From positions 1 through 13,371 of the forward strand of contig JBDGSM010000062.1 in assembly GCA_042217545.1 (NCBI GenBank): a stretch of DNA of 13,371 nucleotides. Reading direction: 5' to 3'. This document shows positions 6,801 through 13,371 of this stretch, piece after piece. The translations under genes were made by a program, and so were the position numbers. Position 1 is the first letter of the stretch; every line of letters starts with the position of its first letter. The DNA is from Candidatus Nanohalobium sp. (GTDB lineage Archaea; Nanohalarchaeota; Nanosalinia; Nanosalinales; Nanosalinaceae). Below the pieces are notes generated by a model. The model was not told the DNA's origin and searched no databases. It worked only from the letters and a program-made list of their open reading frames with translations.

Positions 6801-7460
6801 TTACTGTAGTTCTTCTGGTGGTTCCTCGTCATTGTTGTGGTTGAGTTCTTTTCTGACCACGAACTCACAGTAGGGATCTCCGCATGAACGACATTTGACT
6901 TCTTCGCACCAGTAGGCCTCGCTTGAGAAGACGTCAGGTACTTCGTCGTAGACCTCATCGACGAAGACTATGTTCATGATTGATGCCATGACGCCTGCCA
7001 TCACGTGGCAGCGGGGATGATCTGCTTCTTCGTTCTCCTGCAGGAACATCTTTGACTCGTAACTGTCGTACGACCTGACACGGTACTCTTCTCTGTCCAA
7101 TCTCACGATATCATAGTTTCCGAACCCGATCGCTCTCGCTGCCTGATGGAGGATCTTTGCGTCGTCGATAAGGCCTTCGCTCATTGGTGCGAAGTTTCCA
7201 TCCCAGAAATCGGAGTCGTATATGCCTCCGACCGTGAAGAAGCCACAGGTGTGGCCTGCGTTCTTCAGCAAGGTCTTCGCAGCATCAGTCTCTATATCCA
7301 GCTGTTCATTGAGTTTGTTCTTGAACTCCACCGAGGCCTTTGCCTGGAAGTTCAGGGGTGCGTCAGCGACTTTTGTCCCGAAGACATCGATCTCTCCTTC
7401 TTCACTTCCCTCTATCGGAAGGCTCCAGAAGGTTTCCAGCACCTCTTCCTCATCTACCAT
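6801..7460 (-). CDS. V4R (4-vinyl reductase) domain protein, second of a tandem pair
   Basis: IGFG, HPRCHVMAGVMAS and CEEVKCRSCGDPYCEFVV (V4R E..C...G...C.F motif). Start placed at ATG 7460 with SD GAGGTGG; overlaps the upstream gene by 11 nt. Confidence 0.85.
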   Translation of the reverse strand: MVDEEEVLETFWSLPIEGSEEGEIDVFGTKVADAPLNFQAKASVEFKNKLNEQLDIETDAAKTLLKNAGHTCGFFTVGGIYDSDFWDGNFAPMSEGLIDDAKILHQAARAIGFGNYDIVRLDREEYRVRSYDSYESKMFLQENEEADHPRCHVMAGVMASIMNIVFVDEVYDEVPDVFSSEAYWCEEVKCRSCGDPYCEFVVRKELNHNNDEEPPEELQ

Positions 7461-7983
7461 CTTCAACCACCTCGAAAGTACATTTATCTGCGCCCTGGGC
7501 TATACACTGTTTCTCTCTCACTTCGAAACTTTCTTGCGGTGAGACCGTGGCTGCTGCAAGGAAGCCTTCAAGGAATCCCTCTATCGCGGTGCATTTAGTC
7601 TCTTCCTGCTCTCCCCACTGCTTTTTCCATCCCTGTCCGAAATGCGAGTTCTCAACTGTTACTTCAAGGCCTTCATCTACTTTCTCAGGTAGGTGGAATT
7701 TTCCGTAGCCTATAGCCCTGAAGAACTCTTCTCCGTACTCTCTTCTTTCATCGAAATGCTCTGCATCTTTCTCAGTGAAGACATCGCCTAATTCCTCGAA
7801 TAAGGCCTCGCGTGCGTTGTCTCTTATTATTGTTTCACCGTCCACTAACTCTGCTCTCTCGATCGTTTTCTGCCAGTAAACACTGTAGTACTCGCAGTGA
7901 AGGCCGTGCGGTTTACCTGTGATATTGATCTCTCCACGTGTTTTCTCGATCTCTACAAGATCCATTACTGTTTTCTCACTCAT
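7450..7983 (-). CDS. V4R domain protein, first of a tandem pair
   Basis: FRAIGYGKF, KCTAIEGFLEGFL and VREKQCIAQGADKCTFEV. SD AGGTGA and an ATGA stop/start overlap with the upstream small gene. Confidence 0.87.
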   Translation of the reverse strand: MSEKTVMDLVEIEKTRGEINITGKPHGLHCEYYSVYWQKTIERAELVDGETIIRDNAREALFEELGDVFTEKDAEHFDERREYGEEFFRAIGYGKFHLPEKVDEGLEVTVENSHFGQGWKKQWGEQEETKCTAIEGFLEGFLAAATVSPQESFEVREKQCIAQGADKCTFEVVEDGR

Positions 7984-8177
7984 TGAGTTTCACCTTGCTT
8001 GAAATCCTCTTCAAGAATTTCATCCACGGCTTCTTTCACGTTTTCGTAGTATTCCTCGTCCGCGACTTCTTCAGCTTTTTCCTCATCCAGAGCAGTGTTG
8101 TTAACGAGCTTTCTGACTCCTATCTCGCCTTTCTGCTCTCTAACCTCATCGAAAAGTTCAACGACTTTTTCTCCCAT
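7980..8177 (-). CDS. Small acidic helical hypothetical protein, first gene of the V4R operon
   Basis: 65-aa ORF translationally coupled (ATGA) to the V4R gene. TATA TTTTATAG about 24 nt upstream of its ATG. Confidence 0.75.
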   Translation of the reverse strand: MGEKVVELFDEVREQKGEIGVRKLVNNTALDEEKAEEVADEEYYENVKEAVDEILEEDFKQGETQ

Positions 8178-8227
8178 ACTAGATATTTATTAAGAAGCCT
8201 CTATAAAAAATTGATTAAGTGAAACAC
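8178..8227. promoter_or_regulatory. Divergent promoter region
   Basis: 50-bp AT-rich spacer with TTTATTAA (plus strand, 8186-8193) and TTTTATAG (minus strand, 8201-8208) between divergent start codons. Confidence 0.55.
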
Positions 8228-8494
8228 ATGAGCTACAGTGACCTTGCAGAGGCTATAATCCAGAAGGAGAAAGGCGTTATGGGGGATGCTGCACTAAAAG
8301 CTCCTAGAGACGCAGGAATAGACGTAGAAGACGACGGAGAAATCATCAAGATCGAGGGAGATGAGAGAGAAGCAGTACAGAAAATGGTGGAAAAATACCA
8401 CTCCTACACCGGCGAAGTAGCGGTAAACCTGGCGAAAAAGGCCTCAGAAGATGTTGATACTGAAGGCCTTGAACTACCTGAGATTCTGAAATAA
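8228..8494 (+). CDS. Small acidic hypothetical protein with two similar helix-G-x-x-A-helix halves
   Basis: 88 aa from ATG 8228 (the ORF track starts at GTG 8219). Internal similarity between IIQKEKGVMGDAALK and MVEKYHSYTGEVAVN. Confidence 0.75.
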   Translation: MSYSDLAEAIIQKEKGVMGDAALKAPRDAGIDVEDDGEIIKIEGDEREAVQKMVEKYHSYTGEVAVNLAKKASEDVDTEGLELPEILK

Positions 8495-8554
8495 AACACT
8501 GTTATAGTATAACTCTCCAGTCAATTTTTAACCGAAGACAGGGAGTTCAAACAT

Positions 8555-11500
8555 ATGACTGAACAGAAAGAAACCGGCCAGGAAGCAGGGACCAAGATCA
8601 ACAAGGTCACGTGTAAAGGATTCAAGAGTTTCCAGAGAAAAAGCTCTATACCTTTCTACAAAGGCCTTACAGCTGTTGTAGGGGAGAATGGGTCGGGTAA
8701 ATGTGTTACGGGGGATTCAAAGGTTGTTCTTGGTGATGGTGCTGAGAAACGTATTGATGAACTTGTAGAGAGCGCTTTAGAGGATGATTGCCGTGAGATC
8801 GATGATGGGTTTATATCTCATGAAGGCAAAGAGTCTGTGCTTTCTCTTAATCCCAGGACTTTACAGGTTGAGAAAAGGAATGTACTGGCCTATGCTAAGC
8901 GTGAAGCTCCGGAGAAGCTTGTGAAGATCAGGACAAGATCTGGAAGGGAGATAACTGCTACAGAGGATCATCCTCTCTTCCACTTGAACGATGAGGGTGA
9001 AGTCGAGGCTATCGACACTGAGAATTTAAGTGAAGGGACAAGAATCGCTGTCCCACGGGAGATAGAAGCCAGCCCTGACAAGGTATTTGATAATCTTCTA
9101 AATGAAATCGAAAAGGAAGATGGCCTCTATGTTCCATATCAGGAAAGGTACGAAGACCTGATCTACGGTCTTAAACAGGATAAGACCTGGGAGAAGCTTG
9201 CGGAAGATATAGGAGTCTCCTACAACACATTGAGAGGTATCAGGGATGAACAGGCATGTAACGCCGCCTCCCTGATCAAGATACTTAGATATTCCGGAAA
9301 GTCGGATGAGGAGATAATCAGAGAGATAGATGAGCTGAAGTCCAAGAACCACAGTAAAACTATCAGACTGCCTTCCGCGAACAGCGAAGAGTTCTCGCGC
9401 TTCTTGGGGTACATGCTTGCAGAGGGAAGTGTGCCGAACTCTTCGGGTCAGGTCAGATTCATCAATGAGAAAGAGGAGATCGTCTCCAACTTTGAGGAAC
9501 TGGCTTCAGAAGTTTTCGATATTGAAACCAGCAGAGAAGAGTACAGTGAAGGATGCTGGGATGTAATAATCTACAGTCAGGCCTTGAACACTCTTCTCAG
9601 GAAGTTCGGCATGGACGGCGCAGCAGGAAAAAACGTATCGGACACCTATCTCAACAGTACAGGGGGGAAAGAGATATCGGCTCTTCTGGAAGGTCTTTAC
9701 GCAGGGGATGGATACCTCTCAGACTCATCAGTAACCCTTACATCGAAGAGCAGAGACCTTGCCGAAGGGATACAGTCACTCATGCTCAGGATAGGGGTGA
9801 ACTCCAGTGTCTCAGAGATCACGAAGAGCAGCGGAGACCACACAGGAAAATATTACAAGGTAAGCGTGAGCGGGGTCGAAAATATCCGGAAGCTGAGAGA
9901 TAATCTCCAGATACCACACCAGATGAAACAGGAGAGGATGAACAAACTAGTGGAGAAAAGGCCTGATACTAACCACGACACGGTCGAAGCAAACCAGCTC
10001 GTCAAAAACGCAGTTGATGGAACAGATATACAGGTAGCAAGCCGGGAGAACAGGAAAAAGATACCGAAACTGGAAGCATACTGCAAAGACAAATGTAAAG
10101 CCAGTAGAGAAGGATTAAAAGAGGTAGCAAAGAAGATAGATGACGAAGGTGGAGAAACCGGACAGATAGAAAAACTTGCCAACTCAGACATCTACTGGGA
10201 CGAAATAAAATCCATAGAATATATAGAACCAGAAAGCGACTGGGTTTACGACCTTAACGTCGGAGTAGGCCACAACTACATAGCAGAAAACACTTTCGTA
10301 CACAACAGCAATATTTTAGACGCCTTGAGCTTTGTGTTCGGCAGGAGAAGCTCGAAGCTGCGGGCGGAGAAGATGCAGCAGCTTATCTTCAACGGCGGCG
10401 AGTCCAGAAAAGAAGCAGATTATGCAAAAGTTTCTGTACACCTTGACAACAGTTCCGGAATATTCGACGAGTTCCTGGAAGAGGAGGAAGCTGACGAGAT
10501 CAAGGTCGGGAGAAAGATCACGCAGGCCGGATCTTCAATGTACAAGTTCCAGGGTTCGAACTGCAAGGCCTCCAAGATTGACGATATAGCGAGGAAGGCA
10601 AATATTGACCCCGGCGGATACCATTTCGTGCGCCAGGGAAAAGTGACGGAGATCGTCGAGCAGAGCAACCTGGAACGAAGAAAAGTAGTGGATGAGCTTT
10701 CAGGAGTCGCCGAGTTTGACGAGAAGAAGGAGGAGGCAGAGGAAGAGCTTGAAGAAGTCGAGGACAGGCTTCAGGAGCAGGAAATTATACTGAAGGAGAA
10801 GAAAGAGCAGCTTGACAAGCTGAAGGAGGAAAAAGAGCTCGCTCTAAAGTACAGGGAGCTGGAGGAGCGGAAGGAGAAGCTTGAGGCCTCGATACTGGAG
10901 GTCCGTAAGCGTGCGTTGTCGAACCAGCTTGCGAATATCAATACAGATACATCCGAGAAGCGCGAGCGTATTGAGGAGCTTGAGGAAGAGCTTGAAGAAC
11001 TTGATAGCCAGATCGATGAGAAACAGGACAGGATCGAGGAGATAGAGGATAAGCAGTCCCAGGGCGACAGTGACGTACAGCACCTTGAGAACAGGATTGA
11101 GAAAAAGAAGGGGAAGATCGAGAACAAACGCGAGAAGATAGAGAACCTGGAAGATACTATCGAAGAACTGGAGAAGATGAAGAACCGTGGAGGCGGTGGT
11201 AATAAGAAACGGGCCGTTAAAGCTGTCCTGAAGATGGATAACGATGATATACACGGCGCCTTCGAAGACCTGATCTCGGTAGACGAAAGGTTCGCAGTAG
11301 CCATACAAACTGCCGCGGGAGGTCACATGGACGATGTAGTTGTGGAGGACAGGCACACCGCTACCGAAGCCATAAACTATCTGAAGAGGGAGAGTATCGG
11401 CCGCGCCCGCATGCTGCCCATGGACAAGATCAAGGACCGTTCCAAAAGTGCGAAGTCGAAGATGGCTAAAAAGAAGAAAGGCGTCATCGGATTCGCCTCC

Positions 11501-12688
11501 GAGCTCGTGGATAACAACTCAAGATTCGACAAGGCCATCCGCTACGTCTTCAGCGACACCCTGATAGCGGAAGACCTCGACTCGGTGAAGGATATAGATG
11601 GTGTGCGTGTAGTCACGCTCGACGGAGACGTCATGAGCCGTGGAGGAGCTATGAGCGGAGGTAAAAAGAAGAAAAGAAAGGGGCGGAGTAGCAAGAGCCT
11701 ATCGAAAAGCCTTGATCCTGAAGCAAAGAAAAAAGAAAAGGAAGAAGTCGAGGACGAGATAAAAGACCTGCAGAAAGATATTGCAGAACTGAAGCAGATG
11801 AAGGAACGGAAAGAAGAGGAGCAGGAGACCGATGAAGAGCTGCGGGAGGAAAAGAAACAGATACGGGAAGATCTCCAGGATATGCGGGATGAGAGACAGG
11901 AACTTTACAGCGAAAAGCAGAAGCTGAAATCCAAGATCGACCAGGTCGGCAGCAAGAAAGCAAACCTGAAAGCGGAGCTCGATAATGTCAAAGAAGACCA
12001 GTCGGAATACGAATTCGATAAAGATGAACTTAAAGGCCTTGACTCATCACCAGAGGAGCTGAAGTCGAAGAAACGGAAGGTTGTGAAGAAGCAGAACTCC
12101 ATGGGGCCTGTCAATATGCGGGCTATCGACGAATACAAGAGGAAGAAAGAGGAGTTCGACGAGTTCAAGGACCAGGTCTCCGAGATCAGGCAGGAAAAAC
12201 TCGAGATAGAGGACATGATCGCGGAAATCGAACAGGAAAAGAGGGAGAGGTTCATGGACACCCTCACAGAACTCCAGGACAGCTTCACAGAAATCTTCGG
12301 AAAACTCTTCGGCGGAGGAAACGGCGAACTCATCCTGGAAGACGACGACATCAATAAAGGCCTCAAGATAAGAGCAGCACCGCCCAACAAGGACCCACAC
12401 ATCATAACAGCGCTTTCCGGCGGGGAAAAAACCATGACAGCGATCGCCTTCGTCTTTGCCATCCTGGAATACGAGGAAAGTCCTTTCTACATCATGGACG
12501 AGATAGACGCCGCCTTAGACACCACAAACTCGAAGAAACTCAGCGAACTACTCAAAGAATACGCAGAAGGCAACCAGTTCATCGTCATCTCACACAACGA
12601 CATCACAGTAAGACACGCAGAAAGAGCCTACGGCGTATCCATGAGAGATGGAGTATCCAAAGTTCGCAGCATAGAACTAGATGAGTAA
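8555..12688 (+). CDS. smc: Chromosome segregation protein SMC (intein-containing precursor, about 842 aa after splicing)
   Basis: GFKSF, Walker A GENGSGK|SNILDAL split by the intein, Q-loop FVRQG, hinge (GRARMLP...VTLDGD...GGAMSGG), GPVNMRA, signature LSGGEK, Walker B FYIMDEIDAALD and ISHN. TATA TTTTTAA about 23 nt upstream. Confidence 0.96.
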   Translation: MTEQKETGQEAGTKINKVTCKGFKSFQRKSSIPFYKGLTAVVGENGSGKCVTGDSKVVLGDGAEKRIDELVESALEDDCREIDDGFISHEGKESVLSLNPRTLQVEKRNVLAYAKREAPEKLVKIRTRSGREITATEDHPLFHLNDEGEVEAIDTENLSEGTRIAVPREIEASPDKVFDNLLNEIEKEDGLYVPYQERYEDLIYGLKQDKTWEKLAEDIGVSYNTLRGIRDEQACNAASLIKILRYSGKSDEEIIREIDELKSKNHSKTIRLPSANSEEFSRFLGYMLAEGSVPNSSGQVRFINEKEEIVSNFEELASEVFDIETSREEYSEGCWDVIIYSQALNTLLRKFGMDGAAGKNVSDTYLNSTGGKEISALLEGLYAGDGYLSDSSVTLTSKSRDLAEGIQSLMLRIGVNSSVSEITKSSGDHTGKYYKVSVSGVENIRKLRDNLQIPHQMKQERMNKLVEKRPDTNHDTVEANQLVKNAVDGTDIQVASRENRKKIPKLEAYCKDKCKASREGLKEVAKKIDDEGGETGQIEKLANSDIYWDEIKSIEYIEPESDWVYDLNVGVGHNYIAENTFVHNSNILDALSFVFGRRSSKLRAEKMQQLIFNGGESRKEADYAKVSVHLDNSSGIFDEFLEEEEADEIKVGRKITQAGSSMYKFQGSNCKASKIDDIARKANIDPGGYHFVRQGKVTEIVEQSNLERRKVVDELSGVAEFDEKKEEAEEELEEVEDRLQEQEIILKEKKEQLDKLKEEKELALKYRELEERKEKLEASILEVRKRALSNQLANINTDTSEKRERIEELEEELEELDSQIDEKQDRIEEIEDKQSQGDSDVQHLENRIEKKKGKIENKREKIENLEDTIEELEKMKNRGGGGNKKRAVKAVLKMDNDDIHGAFEDLISVDERFAVAIQTAAGGHMDDVVVEDRHTATEAINYLKRESIGRARMLPMDKIKDRSKSAKSKMAKKKKGVIGFASELVDNNSRFDKAIRYVFSDTLIAEDLDSVKDIDGVRVVTLDGDVMSRGGAMSGGKKKKRKGRSSKSLSKSLDPEAKKKEKEEVEDEIKDLQKDIAELKQMKERKEEEQETDEELREEKKQIREDLQDMRDERQELYSEKQKLKSKIDQVGSKKANLKAELDNVKEDQSEYEFDKDELKGLDSSPEELKSKKRKVVKKQNSMGPVNMRAIDEYKRKKEEFDEFKDQVSEIRQEKLEIEDMIAEIEQEKRERFMDTLTELQDSFTEIFGKLFGGGNGELILEDDDINKGLKIRAAPPNKDPHIITALSGGEKTMTAIAFVFAILEYEESPFYIMDEIDAALDTTNSKKLSELLKEYAEGNQFIVISHNDITVRHAERAYGVSMRDGVSKVRSIELDE
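8702..10306 (+). mobile_element. Intein (535 aa) with LAGLIDADG homing endonuclease and HTH-like insertion
   Basis: Begins CVTGDS (residue 50). Block B ITATEDHPLF, blocks C/E FLGYMLAEG and LEGLYAGDG, block F VYDLNV, block G HNYIAENTFVHN followed by +1 Ser. HTH-like segment TWEKLAEDIGVSYNTL. Confidence 0.95.
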
Positions 12689-12691
12689 GGC

Positions 12692-13201
12692 CTACAAACT
12701 GTAACGCAACTGGACGATATCTTCCTCCAGTTCTCTTACTTCCTCCAGTTCAAGTTCAGCCTCGAACTCACCTTTGGAAAACAGGTCGAGGCCTTTGCCG
12801 AGGAGAAAAGGCTCAATATCTATAATCAGTTCATCTAAAAGGCCTTTCTCGATGAATGAGGTATTTACAGATGCGCCGCCCGTTACAAGGAGAGATTCAA
12901 GGCCTTGTTCTTCCGCAACTTGCACCGCTTTTCTGGGGCTTGAGGCCTTGATGTAGCCTTCTTCGATATCAAAATCTTTTTTCCTGGTGAGCACTATCCT
13001 TTCCGCGTTTATATCCTTGAATCCTTTCTCCTCCCATTCTTTAACTGCTTCATGGGTTTTCCTGCCGACGACGAAAGCACCGGTGTTTTCCGCTATTTTC
13101 TGGAACTCTTCCCAGTTTCTTGGCGAGAAGAAGTCTTCTCCGCCGTTTTCTCTTGCGATTTTGGCGTTAAGTGACTGTGACATGAAGAGTTTGATTTTCA
13201 T
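12692..13201 (-). CDS. Dihydrofolate reductase / RibD C-terminal domain family protein
   Basis: MSQSLNAKIA (a variant of SLDG.IA), VVGRKT, VLTR, VTGGA and GLLDELIIDIEPFLLGKG.LF motifs. Confidence 0.88.
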   Translation of the reverse strand: MKIKLFMSQSLNAKIARENGGEDFFSPRNWEEFQKIAENTGAFVVGRKTHEAVKEWEEKGFKDINAERIVLTRKKDFDIEEGYIKASSPRKAVQVAEEQGLESLLVTGGASVNTSFIEKGLLDELIIDIEPFLLGKGLDLFSKGEFEAELELEEVRELEEDIVQLRYSL

Positions 13202-13371
13202 GTTTCGGTATTTTCTTCCACACGGTGACTTCCTCCCGCCACCTAAATTCCTTACGGAATTAAGGAAAGGGGCTTCCAGACTATCGTTTGCTTATCATCT
13301 GCCGTCATCTACGGAATCTCACCTTCGAGCGGTCTTCTCCGGAAACTTTCCCTAAAACGGGTCGAGGTTCC

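Larger units (their letters stand above)
318..12948. repeat. Highly iterated palindrome AGGCCT (consensus RAGGCCTY) dispersed across the window
   Basis: 45 copies by manual count (e.g. 318, 347, 408, 447, 521, 714, 1233, 1682, 4776, 6178, 6189, 12688, 12789, 12840, 12900, 12943), against about 3 expected for a random hexamer. Confidence 0.9.

Noticed and set aside
8555..12688. SMC-like defence ATPase (Wadjet JetC/MksB) or Rad50
   Set aside because: It has a canonical SMC hinge rather than a zinc hook, canonical Smc head motifs, and no jetABD or mre11 neighbours.
1743..13355. Numerous antisense or alternate-frame ORFs (e.g. 1743-2231, 2170-2409, 4773-5075, 5349-5825, 7146-7598, 10771-11304, 11905-12462, 12987-13355)
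   Set aside because: They are shadows of well-supported genes or RNAs; the Ser/Phe/Leu-rich translations are what the reverse of Glu/Lys-rich codons produces.

Overview
Compact archaeal chromosomal segment. The very acidic proteins, moderate GC, short intergenic spaces, apparently leaderless genes and GAGGTG Shine-Dalgarno sites inside operons best fit a halophilic DPANN archaeon such as Nanohaloarchaeota (inference). RNA genes: the 3' part of tRNA-iMet with a downstream 23-bp duplicate of its 3' end, an intron-containing tRNA-Leu(CAA), and an intergenic double-guide box C/D sRNA. Protein genes: a degenerate HypA-like Zn-ribbon protein, Bcp peroxiredoxin, an acidic coiled-coil protein, archaeal dUTPase, a secreted CWB2-like protein, non-discriminating AspRS, an RBBP9/YdeN hydrolase, a small-protein/V4R/V4R operon with a divergent small gene, an smc gene and a DHFR/RibD-C protein. 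The smc gene carries a 535-aa LAGLIDADG intein in Walker A, and its coiled-coil arms are roughly half the canonical length. The strongest unexplained signal is window-wide: the palindrome AGGCCT (mostly RAGGCCTY) occurs 45 times by manual count against about 3 expected, resembling cyanobacterial HIP1. Three intergenic segments (176-321, 2190-2355, 13202-13371) look like unassigned structured RNAs. All family calls are from motif recognition, not database searches.
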